Shown: positions 1-10,399, counted from the first letter of the stretch. The stretch: DNA of 64,000 nt from Candidatus Marinacidobacterales bacterium (GCA_965224085.1 CBDCYI010000004.1:1856001-1920000); one strand, 5' to 3'. Numbers and translations: made by a program. Notes: generated by a model from the letters alone, not told the origin.

Positions 1-336
1 CCGCGCAAGGGCGCCCTGCTCGCATCGGGGCCGGCGAGCAGCCGACAGCGCAATCGCAACATTGCAGCACAAGCTCGGCTCGGCAAACGAAAGTGGCACA
101 CAGAATCGGGCTACAGCAAACGGAGCAAAGTCGAGACAACGTTCCATCGCTACAAGGCTATCGTGGGCTCAGCGATGCGAGCGAGAGGGTTGGCGGCACA
201 GAGAGTCGAGGCAAGGATCGGGTGCAAGATTCTCAACACCATGACGGCGCTCGGGATGCCTGATAGCGAGATGATCGGATGATGGGAGTCGGGGCCAAGC
301 GAGCTCTCGGCCTCTATCGGAGTTGTGCACCAAGGC
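1..336 (+). mobile_element. IS5-family (IS903-like group) element, right part; transposase C-terminus 1..282 and right IR AGTTGTGCACCAAGGC (321-336)
   Basis: Frame 1 reads PRKGALL...GYSKRSKVETTFHRYK...GMPDSEMIG*. It is the reverse complement of 50052-50387, with one substitution seen (T223 vs 50165). Confidence 0.93.
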
Positions 337-2035
337 AACGCATCCCCAACCGATCGCCGGCCGGGTCATTGGGACCGAGGACGCAACCCCCCTCGAGTTC
401 TGGGTGGCCGTATCCGAAGGACAGTTCCTGCAGCTCGACGACGTCGTGGCGCTCGAGCGCGAGCTTCCGAGCGGCGAGACCGTCCATATCTTCGGGATCG
501 TGACCCAAGTTCGCGCGCGCCACGAAGGCGCGCGGTTCGACTCCGACGTCTTTCTTATACAGGACGGTGTCCTGCCGGCCCAAGTCAGCCAGGCCGCGCA
601 CATTATCTCGACGCGGTTCGAGCCCGAGATTTTCGTACCGCCTCTACCCGGCCAGGCTGTGCGTCGAGCGGTCGGGGAGGAGCGCGAGCAAGCGCTCTTT
701 TTCGATGGGATGAAATCTTCAAAGCGTCTCCCGGCGGGAATGACGCGGGATGAAGAGCCCGTCTATGTGAACTTGGAGTTCATCGACGGAACGCGCGGCG
801 CGCACATCAATATTAGCGGTATCTCGGGTGTGGCGACGAAAACCTCCTACGCGAGCTTCCTTCTCTACAGCCTTTTCAACTCCGGAGTCCTCGGCGACGA
901 TGTCATCAACACGAAGGCCCTCGTTTACAACGTGAAGGGCGAGGATTTGCTCTTTCTCGACCACGCCAATGCCCGCCTCAAAGACGAAGACCGAACACGT
1001 TACAAAAAGCTCGATCTTCCGGCGGAGGCGTTCTCGAGCGTCGAGCTCTGGGCGCCCCCTCGCCACAGCGATCGCAGCGCGGCCCCGGACGTAGCGACTC
1101 GGCACACCGGGGTTGATTCTTATTTTTGGTCCCTAACGGACTTCTGCCACGGGAATCTTCTTCCGTTCCTGTTCACGGATGCCGAGGACGATCGTCAGCA
1201 ATATACGATCGTCATTCAGAACGTTGCGGCGCGTCTGCGCGATGCAGAGCCGCTCGGTGACGGCGGCGTCAAGATCGAAGGGCGTGAGGTACGCACATTT
1301 CGCGAGCTCGTGAAACTTCTCGCGGAATGCGTCGAGGACGACTTGACGCGGCCTTCTTGGGCGGGCGCGGCCATGGGGCGAGGAACGGTGAACGCCTTCG
1401 TACGAAGAATCTACGGCTCGGTGCCGCATATCGAGCATCTCGTGCGCGGCGATGTAGCGAACGCGTCGCGCCACGCGATCCGCCAGCAAGCCCAGCTCAC
1501 CGTCATCGACCTCCACAACTTGAACGATCGCGCCAAACGTTTCGTCGTCGGGGTGACCTTGCGCCGCGCGTTCGAAGAGAAAGAGCGCTCGGGTCAGCCG
1601 AAACCGCTCTTGTTCGTCGTCCTCGATGAACTCAACAAATACGCTCCCCGCGACGGTAGCAGCCCAATCAAAGAAACGCTTCTCGACGTCGCCGAGCGCG
1701 GACGCTCTCTCGGGATCATTCTCATCGGCGCAGAGCAAACCGCGAGCGAAGTCGAGCGCCGCATCATCGCGAACTCTGCCATCTGCGTCGTCGGCCGCCT
1801 CGACACGGCGGAAGCCAACCGTGACGAGTACGGATTCCTAACTGCCGTTCACCGGCAGCGCGCCACCATCGTGAAACCGGGGACGATGATCCTCTCGCAG
1901 CCCGAGCTTCCCATTCCGCTCGTGACGCGCTTTCCCTTTCCATCCTGGGCGACCCGCCGAAGCGAAGCTGTGTTCCACAGCCCGTCGAAGACACCGACCA
2001 ACGGGGGTGGCGACCCATTCGAGGGGCTGACATAG
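323..2035 (+). CDS. herA: HerA-like ATPase/helicase (HAS barrel + FtsK/HerA P-loop); native start probably displaced by IS5
   Basis: N-terminal GRVIGTEDATPLEFWV (HAS barrel), variant Walker A SGISGVATKTS, Walker B VVLDELNKYAP, ERGRSLG arginine-finger motif; neighbours sbcD/sbcC/nurA. Confidence 0.88.
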   Translation: MCTKATHPQPIAGRVIGTEDATPLEFWVAVSEGQFLQLDDVVALERELPSGETVHIFGIVTQVRARHEGARFDSDVFLIQDGVLPAQVSQAAHIISTRFEPEIFVPPLPGQAVRRAVGEEREQALFFDGMKSSKRLPAGMTRDEEPVYVNLEFIDGTRGAHINISGISGVATKTSYASFLLYSLFNSGVLGDDVINTKALVYNVKGEDLLFLDHANARLKDEDRTRYKKLDLPAEAFSSVELWAPPRHSDRSAAPDVATRHTGVDSYFWSLTDFCHGNLLPFLFTDAEDDRQQYTIVIQNVAARLRDAEPLGDGGVKIEGREVRTFRELVKLLAECVEDDLTRPSWAGAAMGRGTVNAFVRRIYGSVPHIEHLVRGDVANASRHAIRQQAQLTVIDLHNLNDRAKRFVVGVTLRRAFEEKERSGQPKPLLFVVLDELNKYAPRDGSSPIKETLLDVAERGRSLGIILIGAEQTASEVERRIIANSAICVVGRLDTAEANRDEYGFLTAVHRQRATIVKPGTMILSQPELPIPLVTRFPFPSWATRRSEAVFHSPSKTPTNGGGDPFEGLT

Positions 2036-2118
2036 AGTGCTTAGTGCTCGCTCTCTCTTTTCCTTGCATCGAGCAGCAAGGTGCCGATGACTTGCTTGAG
2101 CACCTGACGTAAATCCCG

Positions 2119-3273
2119 ATGCGCTTTCTTCACACGGGTGACTGGCATGTCGGCAAGACGCTTCGAGGACGAAGCCGGGCTGACGAGCATCGCGCCGTGA
2201 TCGAGGAGATGGCCACGATCGCAAAGGAGCGGAAGGTCGACATCGTTCTCGTCGCCGGCGATTTGTTCGACACCGCCTCCCCCACTTCGGAATCCGAAGC
2301 GATCGTCTATCGCGGCCTTTTGGACCTCGCCCATGCGAGCGAGTGGGTCGTCGTCATCAGCGGAAACCACGACAACCCGAGACGCCTCGCGGCCGTCGAA
2401 CCGTTGATGCGGCTCACGAACATCCGCGTGCTCCCTTCGATTGCGCGGCCCGATGAAGGCGGCGTCCTTACACTTCAGACCCAAGTCGGCGGCGCGCGCA
2501 TCGCTCTTCTGCCCTTTCTCTCGCAACGTCTCATCGTCAAAGCCGACGACCTCATGATGACCGACGTGTTCGAGCATGTGGGCTCTTACGCGGAGCGGGC
2601 GCATCGAATCATTCAATCGCTCTGCGCCGACAAAGCACCGCCCAAGACCGTGGACATCTTGCTCGCTCACGCGATGGTGCATGGCGGCGTCATGGGCGGC
2701 GGCGAACGCCAAGCCCATACCGTCTTCGAGTACAGCATCCCCACGACTGCCTTTCCCGCGACGCTTCACTACGCGGCCCTCGGTCATCTTCACCGCGCGC
2801 AAAAGCTCCCGGGAGCTTGCCCAATTTGGTATTCCGGCTCGCCTCTGCAGCTCGACTTTGGAGAGACACGCGACGCGAAGAGCGTCAACATCATCGAAGC
2901 CGATCCGAAAACCCCGGCGACGGTCGAATGCGTGCCGCTTGTCTCGGGCCGGCGCCTACGTTTCGTCAAGACGACGATGGAGCGTCTCATCGAGGTCGTC
3001 TCCGAAGCAAGTGACGACTACCTCCGCGTCGAGATCGACGCACCGCCCACACCCGGCCTTGCGGACGAGGTGCGCGAGATGCTCCCGAACGCCGTCGACG
3101 TTCAGCTCGCTACCCATCATCCCGGCCCGAAGGACGACGTTCCAACACCGCAGCGCATCGGCCGCTCTCCGCGCGAGCTCTTCAGCGAGTATCTCGCCGA
3201 TCGCGGCGAGACGGACCCGCGTCTCACGGCGCTCTTTAACGAGCTGCTCGAGGAAGTCTATGCGCCCGATTAA
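2119..3273 (+). CDS. sbcD: SbcD/Mre11-like exonuclease
   Basis: Metallophosphoesterase motifs HTGDWHVG, AGDLFD, SGNHD, ALGHLH, YSGSPLQLDFGE. Confidence 0.95.
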   Translation: MRFLHTGDWHVGKTLRGRSRADEHRAVIEEMATIAKERKVDIVLVAGDLFDTASPTSESEAIVYRGLLDLAHASEWVVVISGNHDNPRRLAAVEPLMRLTNIRVLPSIARPDEGGVLTLQTQVGGARIALLPFLSQRLIVKADDLMMTDVFEHVGSYAERAHRIIQSLCADKAPPKTVDILLAHAMVHGGVMGGGERQAHTVFEYSIPTTAFPATLHYAALGHLHRAQKLPGACPIWYSGSPLQLDFGETRDAKSVNIIEADPKTPATVECVPLVSGRRLRFVKTTMERLIEVVSEASDDYLRVEIDAPPTPGLADEVREMLPNAVDVQLATHHPGPKDDVPTPQRIGRSPRELFSEYLADRGETDPRLTALFNELLEEVYAPD

Positions 3274-4140
3274 GCTGGAGCTCGAAGGCTTCACCGCCTA
3301 TCGCGAGTTCACGGCGGTGGATTTCGCGGGCGCGGACCTCTTCGTTCTCACCGCACCTACAGGCTCGGGCAAGTCGAGCATCATCGACGCGATTAGCTTT
3401 GCGCTCTACGGAAGCGTCCCACGCTATGCCAACCCGAACCTCGTCCATCCCGTAATCAGCCAAGGAAAGGTCGAGGCCAAAGTGCGTTTCGACTTCGCGG
3501 TCGAGGATAGTCTTTACACGGCTGTTCGCGTTGTCCGGAAAACACCTCGAGGCGGCGCAACGACGAAAGAAGCACGGCTCGAATCCAAAGGCCGGCTCCT
3601 CGCTGGTACGGCGGACGAGATGACACGGAAAGTACGTGAGCTTCTCGGTCTCAACTTCGAGCAATTCACGACCTGTGTCGTGTTGCCCCAAGGCGAGTTC
3701 GCGCGTTTTCTTCACGAGACGCCTGCACAGCGGCAAGACCTTTGCCACGGCCATTCTGAAAGAGCTTTCGAGCGGGCAATATTCGTTCGAGTACGACGAC
3801 AAGCTCAACTTCGACGTCGTCGATCACCGCAACGCGGACGCTTTCAGGAGGCGAGACTTTTCTTGCCTCGCTCGCCCTCGCTCTCACGCTCGCGGAGCAG
3901 ACCGCCGAGCTCGCAGCGGAAGGCGCGGCACGCCTCGAGTCGCTCTTTCTCGACGAAGGTTTCGGGACGCTCGACAACGATACGCTCGAGATCGTGGCCA
4001 CGGCCATCGAAGACCTCGGCGCGAAAGGACGCATCGTCGGCCTCGTCACCCATCAACAAAGCCTCGCCGACAAGATCGCGGTGCAGTTTCGCGTTGCCAA
4101 AGGTCCGGTCACGGCTACCATCGAGAAGATCGTCGCCTGA
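3260..4140 (+). pseudogene. sbcC: SbcC/Rad50-like SMC ATPase lacking the whole coiled coil, with two frame changes
   Basis: MRPIKLELEGF...APTGSGKSS...VVLPQGEFARFL up to about 3741; then, in another frame, ATAILKELSSGQY...DHRNAD; then a third frame from 3841, LSGGETFLASLALAL...LFLDEGFGTLD...VTH, ending at TGA 4140. Confidence 0.9.
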
Positions 4141-4280
4141 TGCCGCAGCGCATCGCCATCGAAGCATGGAACCCAGATTTTGGCTCCACACGAGCGAGCT
4201 CGAGCTCCGAGCTCGAGCCGTCGGACGCCCACGTGGATGCCACCGTCGAGCTCGCGCCGGCACGATGGAAGCCGCTCCCG
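4140..4280 (+). pseudogene. nurA: N-terminal fragment of a NurA-like nuclease
   Basis: ATG overlaps the sbcC stop (TGATG). MPQRIAIEAWNPDFGS...VDATVELAPARWKPL resembles the N-terminus of bacterial NurA-type proteins found beside herA/sbcCD. It ends abruptly at the RND fragment. Confidence 0.62.
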
Positions 4281-7200
4281 GCCGTCATGAGGATCGGTCG
4301 AAGGCGCTCCTTGCCTCCGAGCTCGATGGCCGTTTCCCGGTCGTATCCCTCCCGCCTCAAGTTATTGATGTGGTCGATGAGTACGATGCCGTTTTTGACG
4401 ACGATGCCCATGAGCACGAGAAGGCCGATCTGCGCCATGAAGTTGAGCGGCGTATTCGTCACGAGCAGAAACCACGTAACCCCCCACAACGCAAACGGGA
4501 TCGAGAAAAGGATCGCGAAAGGATGCACGAGCGACTCGAACTGCGACGCCATCACGATGTAGATGAGCGCTACCGCCAGCAAGTAGTTGACGATCATCTG
4601 TTCGAGCTGGCGGTCCTGCTCCTGGATGCGCTCGCCGAAGGACCAACTGTAACCGACGGGAAAAGCCATCCCGTGCAGGCTCGCTTCGATTTGCTCGCGT
4701 GCACCGTCCCAGTCCTCTCCTTCATAGCTCGAGCGGATCGAGACTTGGGTCTTCCGGTTCTCACGTTCGATCGTTTTCGGCTTATCGACAACTCGGAATT
4801 CCGCCAAGGTACCGAGCGTAACGCCCCGTCCGTCCTCGCCGCTGACAACGAAGCTTTTCAAGTCGTCCAAGGTCGAGACGTCTTGCTGCGACATCATCAG
4901 GAGAAGCTCGACTTCTTTGTCCCCCGCGTTGTATCGCCTCAAACGGCGGCCGCCCAAAGTGAAGGCAAAGGTCTGGGATACAGTCTCCGGGCTCACGCCG
5001 TAATTGGCCGCGAGCTCCTCGTTGAGGGACACCTGGATCTCCTGGCGCGAGCTCCCAACGGAGCTCGTGGCGTCCTCGATGCCCTCGATGGTGGCGAGAC
5101 GCCGCTCGACATCCAACGCGAGCAGAGCGAGCCGATCGATGTGCTCGCCGAAGAGGTTCAACCGAAAGAAAGTGCTGTCACCTCCTGTCTCTGCGTCTTC
5201 ATCGTCGAACGTAAGCTTGGCGCCGGCTATCTTTGGAGCCTCGTTTCGAATCCGCTCCCGGACCGCTTTTGCTTCATCCTCGCTCACGTGGGACGCCGCG
5301 AACGTGAGGGTCGTGGACGCTTCGTTCTCAGCAAAGTGGCTATACACAGAGTCGATCTGGAGCTCATCTTGGTGCTCGAAGAACCAGGCTTCGACTTCAT
5401 TCACCGCTAGCTCTGCCTCTTCCTTGTAATGGAAGTCGGTGAACTCGTAGCCGAGTCGCATCTGTTTCTGGTTGACGCCGGCGAACATAGCCGTCTGGAG
5501 GCCGAGCCAGAACGGCAATGCCGTGCTGGCAAAAATAGCGACGGTAATCCCGAAGGTCGCCCAGCGATGGCGGAACGTCCACCTAAGAAGCCGCGCGTAT
5601 TGCTCGGAGATCCGGACGGTCCAAAGCGGCGGCCCCGCATCTTTCCCGCTCAGAAGCTTCGAGGCCATGAGCGGGATCAAGGTCATCGAAACGACGAGAG
5701 AGCTGAAGATGCACAAGGTTATCGCCCAGCCGAGCTCTTCGAGAAACACGGTGAGCTGGTTGCGCTGCCCCACGATCATTGGAAGGAAAACGATGGCCGT
5801 GGTGACGGTCGAGGCAAACACCGCACCCCACACTTTGCGAGCTCCGGTGATGGCTGCGCGTGAGGCGTCTGCGGGAGCTCTCGCTCCCACGCTATTGTGC
5901 TCCCGGAAGATCGACTCCAGCACTACGATCGCGTCGTCGACGAGAAGCCCTACGCCCAACATGAGTCCCATCATCACAAGGACGTTCAATGACTTGTCGA
6001 GAACGAAGAGCCCGACCGCGGTCGCGATGATCGACATCGGGATAGCGAGGCCTACGATAACCGTCGTATCGAAACGGCGGAGGAAGAAAAAAAGGACCAC
6101 CATCGCGAGGGCGCCGCCGAGAAGACCTTCGGTCATGAGCCCCCAGAGCCCGCTCGTGATCTCGGCGGCCTGGTCGTTGAAGACGAAGAGGTTGATGCCT
6201 TCGAGCGTCGGGTCGGCGGCGATTTCGTTCTCGATGAGCGCCGTCACTTGCCGCGCCGTGTCGACGGTGTTCGCCGTCGCTTCTTTGAAAACGGAGAGCG
6301 CGACGGCGTATCGGCCATTCAAATGACGCCCGATGCGGATGGGTGGCTCGCGATAGGTGATATCAGCCACGTCCATGAGCACCAGCCCCCGGTCGTTCAC
6401 GGGAAACTGTTCGATGTCGCCGAGGTTGTCGAAGGCTCCGAAGCTGCGAACGTGGATGACTTGGCCTTCGGAATCGAGCTTTCCGAGCGACACGTTCCGG
6501 TTGGCCGCCATGAGTCTTGCGGCCAAGTCCCCGAGGTCGACGCCGTGCTCGGCAATCTTCCCGAGCCTCAAGTTGATACGCACTTCGTTGGGCTCGACCC
6601 CGTTCAGCTCGACTTTGGCGACGCCGGGTACGCGGGTGATCGGATTGACCACGCGCTTTTCGAGCAGATCGTAATTCCCCGATAGATCAATACCCGGCGC
6701 CGAGATCCGTGCTTCCACGACCGGGATCTGCGTCGTGCTGAACGTGTTGATGACGGCGGACACGGCGGCCACATTCACGCCGGCGCGCGCGAGGCGGTCT
6801 TCGTGCACGTCGACTTGAATCTCTCGCTCGAGACCACCTTCGACTTTAACCGACGCCACGCCGTCAACGGCATCGAGCTCCTTTTTGAGCTCTTCCTCCG
6901 CGTATTGACGGAGATCGGCGAGATCGTTCGAGCCAGTGACGCCGAGCCGCAGGATGGGATCGCTCGAAGGATCGAACCTCAGGAGCGTCGGCTTGTCCGC
7001 ATCGCCGGGCAGCTGCACGAGGTCGAGTTTCTCCCGGACAGTCGAGCGCAGCGAAATCCATGTTCGTGTCCCAGAGAAACTCGAGAGTCACTTCGGACGT
7101 GCCGGCGCGGGAGAGCGACGTCAAACGCTTGACGCCCGAGATCACGCCTACGGCTTCTTCGATGGGCCGGCTCACGAGACTTTCGACTTCCGCGGGCGCC

Positions 7201-7364
7201 GCGCCTTGATAGCGGGTCTCGACCGTCAGGCTGGGGTAGGAAATGTCCGGAAGTAGATTGAGCGGCAAACGTGTAAACGAGACGATGCCGAAGATGACGA
7301 TCGCCACCGTGAACATCGAGACGCTCACCGGGCGCCGGATGCAGAAATCGACCAGGCGCGTCAT
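4281..7364 (-). pseudogene. RND efflux permease (AcrB/AcrD/AcrF family); chimera of two paralogues, frameshifted near 7040 and truncated at the C-terminus
   Basis: Start MTRLVDFCIRRPVSVSMF; +1 base at LD(t)VREKLD; GLLVDDAIVVLESI; GIVVKNGIVLID; stops after RLRPILMTA, missing the last TM helices. The porter-domain segment occurs twice either side of about 6765. Confidence 0.88.
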
Positions 7365-7376
7365 GACTCGAGACGT

Positions 7377-8072
7377 CTACCGGGTCAAAACGTCGACCGT
7401 CTCCCCGTCGTCGAGTGCCGTGTGGCCCGCCACGATGACGCGCTCACCCGCCGAGACACCGCTCACGACCTCGATGGCACCGCCGCGGGTATAGCCGAGC
7501 TCGACGACACGTTTTTCGGCCACGCCGTTCGCCTCGATGAAAAGAAAGTCTTGGCCGCCTTCTTTCACGACGGCGAGCTTCGGAACGAGCACGGCCCCTT
7601 CGCGCCGATCGGTCTCGATTTCAGCACGGACGAAAGCGCCAGGACGGACAGTCGTCGAGCGATCGATGACTTCCACCGTCACTTTGACCGTGCCCGTTTT
7701 TGGGTCGACGACCGGGCTGAGGTCGCGCACGCGGGCGCGGACGCCGACGTCCTCGCTCGAGGCTCCGGCCGCGAGTGCTTCGGGGACGAGTCGGACGGGT
7801 TGTCCGGGCTCGAGCTGAAAGACGTCCTTTTCCGGGAGGAACAGCTTGACGATGAGCGTACTGAAATCGGCGAGGGTGAAAAGAGGGTCGCCCGGCTGGG
7901 TCGCTTGACCGACGACGATCTCCTTCGCCGTAACCCGTCCGCCGAAGGGCGCTTTGACGTCCGTGTAGCGGAGCTGGAGCTCCGCCGTCTCGCGCTCGGT
8001 CCGGGCGAGCTCGCGGTCGAAGACCGCTTTTTCGTAGTCGAACCTCGAGATGAGCTCCTGGTCGAAGGAGAT
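7377..8072 (-). pseudogene. RND periplasmic adaptor (MFP), N-terminus missing
   Basis: YTDVKAPFGGRV, VDPKTGTVKV, RPGAFVRAEI, VLVPKLAV, EVVSGVSAGERVIVAG; directly upstream of the RND permease. Confidence 0.88.
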
Positions 8073-8297
8073 CTGATCCCATGCCGCGCTCAGCCAATCG
8101 GCCGCGAGCGCCGCGGGAAGCGTGCCGCCGATGGCCCACGCGAAGAAACGACCGCCCCCGCTCGTCAAGAGCCCGCCTTCGACCCCGCGCGCGAGCTCGT
8201 CGATCACCTGCTCGTCCGGCAAGCTTTCGTCTTGGAGCGCGATGTCGAGCCGGTCCGTGAGCTCTTCTTGAGTCGCGGTCGTTGCGACCGAAGGCAT
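8073..8297 (-). pseudogene. Fragment of a group II pyridoxal-dependent decarboxylase, fused in frame to the MFP
   Basis: GGRFFAWAIGGTLPAALAADWLSAAWDQ is the conserved N-terminal motif of that family. Confidence 0.8.
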
Positions 8298-8543
8298 CCT
8301 CCGAAAATCCTCCAACTGAAACCGAACTGAGAAGGGTCGAGAAACACTCGAACTCCGGGACTATGTCCTCAGTAGAGGGCGTATGTGATTCAGCGCCCGG
8401 AATTTGCGTGACTGAGGAGGGTCTAGAAGGGTTTGGACGGGTTCTCGACCGTCCCCTACGAGATGTTGACAGGGCATAAGGCGCTTCGAGTATCGGTGGC
8501 GTTGAAAAAGGAGGCCAAAGTGGCGGCGGGAAGGTATCCAGGC

Positions 8544-9380
8544 TTACGGTTGCGTGGTGGAACGAGGAGAGTCAGAAGAAGTGTCTTTAGCGTGGGCGGT
8601 ATGAGATCTCCGAGCGCGGAAGGACTTGCCGTTGATTTTGAGGATGATGGCGCCCTCGACGAGTATGTCGAGAAAGGCCATGGCGAGGGGTCCGTCGGCG
8701 AGATAGTCGGCCCACTTTTCGAAGTCGACGTTGGTAACGAGGGCGGTGGAACGGTACTGATGTCGGGCAGCGATGATCTTGTAGAGGAGATGTGCGGCTT
8801 CGGGGCATTCGGAGCGTTCGATTCTGTCGAAGCCGAACTCGTCGATGATGAGCAGGTCTGGGCTTTTATATCGGCGGAGTTTTTGAGGAAGAGTTTTGTC
8901 GGCGAGCGAGGCGGTAAGATCGGCGATGAGATCGGCGGAGGTTCGGTAAAGGGGACGAAAGCCCAGGGCGCAAGCCCTGATGCCGATGGCCTGCATGATG
9001 TGAGATTTACCCACCCCGGATTGACCGACGAAAATCAAGTTAGCGCGTCGGCGAATGAAATCGGCGGAGGCGAGTTGTTCGATCTGTAATTTGTCGAAAG
9101 CCTTTGGATTGAACTTCCAGTCGAAAGTCTCGAGAGTTTTTCGTTCTTGGAATCTGACTTGGCGAATGCGTCGCTCGGTGGAGCGTTCACGGCGTTGGTC
9201 GACCTGGTGTCCGATGAGATTTTCGAGAAAAGCAAGGTGAGAGAGTGCATCGTGGTCAGCTTTTTCGAGGGCTTGGTCGAGCTGAGCTGAGCGCAAGGGG
9301 ATGTTCAAGGTGGCAAAGTGAGCAAGACAACGCTCGCGGAGCTCATCGGGGCTCTTGGATTTATTGTGGTTCGTCGTCAT
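8544..9380 (-). CDS. istB: IS21 helper ATPase IstB
   Basis: KTLETFDWKFNP, GQSGVGKSH, LLIIDEFG, STALVTNVDFEKW, INGKSFR. Confidence 0.93.
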   Translation of the reverse strand: MTTNHNKSKSPDELRERCLAHFATLNIPLRSAQLDQALEKADHDALSHLAFLENLIGHQVDQRRERSTERRIRQVRFQERKTLETFDWKFNPKAFDKLQIEQLASADFIRRRANLIFVGQSGVGKSHIMQAIGIRACALGFRPLYRTSADLIADLTASLADKTLPQKLRRYKSPDLLIIDEFGFDRIERSECPEAAHLLYKIIAARHQYRSTALVTNVDFEKWADYLADGPLAMAFLDILVEGAIILKINGKSFRARRSHTAHAKDTSSDSPRSTTQP

Positions 9381-9860
9381 CGGTTTTAGATCCGTCAAGC
9401 AGTTGTTGGTACTCGGATGCGGGCCGCGGTGACACGGCGGGTTTTCGCAGAAGCTCGTCGAGGCTTTGTCGTGCAGTTTCACTCAAAGACTCGAAAGTGG
9501 TTTTGGGCTGAGCCTGAGCCGCGAGGATGCGCTCGATGGCAGAACGGGAAAAGGCACGGTATCGAGTGGCCCTCTCCAGTGCAGTCTTGAGGTCGTCGAA
9601 GCGATAAAAGGCGTGAAGGGCGAGGATTCGGAGAGCTTCATCTTTGCCGAATCGCCGATTGCGGAGCAGTTCGTCGAAAAAGCGTTCTCCGAGGGCACCG
9701 AACTCGGCAAAGCGTTTTCGGAGTACTTCGATGCGCTGCTTGAGCGAGTGCGGGGATCGATGGCTTTGCTCTGTGGCTTTTTCGTCCGAGACCGACCGAG
9801 CGAAGAGTTTGTGGCGCGCGATCTCCTTGATATTGGGAGCGTAGACGACGAGCTCGTTGA
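9361..9860 (-). pseudogene. istA: IS21 transposase IstA, C-terminal fragment (not in the ORF track)
   Basis: Manual translation gives NELVVYAPNIKEIARHKLF...ALERATRYRAFSRSAIERIL...PRPASEYQQLL...EPQ*, overlapping the istB start. Confidence 0.8.
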
Positions 9861-9943
9861 GGGAGTGGGTTTACTCCCGACGCTCAAGTCTCGGAGAGGA
9901 AATGCTTGTTCCTCTCCGAGGCGTCTCTATGCTTGCGGACGCC
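9857..9943. other. Cluster of three adjacent hairpins of unknown origin
   Basis: GGGAGT/ACTCCC (9861-9878); perfect 12-bp stem CTCGGAGAGGAA/TTCCTCTCCGAG (9890-9920); GGCGTC/GACGCC (9920-9943). Confidence 0.6.
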
Positions 9944-9960
9944 CCGCTACTTTAGCTCAC

Positions 9961-10314
9961 GTCAAGTCTGGACGTAACGAAGTTTACGTCCAAGCCTATC
10001 CGGAGCTGGGCGCAAAGACTTTGATCTCTACCGATGGAGGCACAGAGCCCGTCTGGTCGACCGACGGAACGGAGCTTTTCTACCGTAACCGCGACGATGT
10101 GCTGGCCGTTCGCGTGGACTCACCGTCGCCTGGAAAACCCGAGATGTTGTTTCGAAGAGCTTTTCGCGTAGGGAGCGACGATCTCGGTGAACGGCAGTAC
10201 GATGTCTCACCAGACGGCCGCCATTTCGTGATGGTCCAACGAGGGCGCTCGAATCAATTCAACGTCGTCCTCAACTTCCTCGACGAGCTCGAAGAGAAAA
10301 TACAGGCGCGCTAG
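9961..10314 (+). pseudogene. C-terminal TolB-like (PD40) beta-propeller fragment typical of acidobacterial Ser/Thr kinases
   Basis: SGRNEVYVQAYP...ISTDGGTEPVWSTDGTELFYR...YDVSPDGRHFVMV...NVVLNFLDEL; no proper start. Confidence 0.75.
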
Positions 10315-10399
10315 AGGACTTCAGGGACGACGACCTGCGGCGTGTGTGCCAGGGATCTCCATCTTTGACATGCGATTTTGATGAAAGTAGACTATTCGC

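Larger units (their letters stand above)
8295..9860 (-). mobile_element. IS21-family element, left part lost
   Basis: istA tail plus istB and a downstream non-coding segment ending in tandem TCCTCC(G/A)A repeats near 8297-8314. The exact end is uncertain. Confidence 0.8.

Noticed and set aside
2077-2117. Similarity of the herA-sbcD spacer (minus-strand CAGGTGCTCAAGC) to 11852-11865
   Set aside because: Too short to exceed chance.
2576-5410. 944-aa plus-strand ORF as a novel SMC fusion
   Set aside because: Only 3260-3741 is real (sbcC N-terminus). The rest is off-frame sbcD/sbcC and the antisense shadow of the RND gene.
9857-9960. Group II intron end or IscB/TnpB guide RNA
   Set aside because: No GTGCG start or domain V motif, and no RT, IscB or TnpB gene nearby.
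9466-10314. 282-aa ORF as a single gene
   Set aside because: It is the antisense of istA, plus the hairpin segment, plus a propeller fragment.
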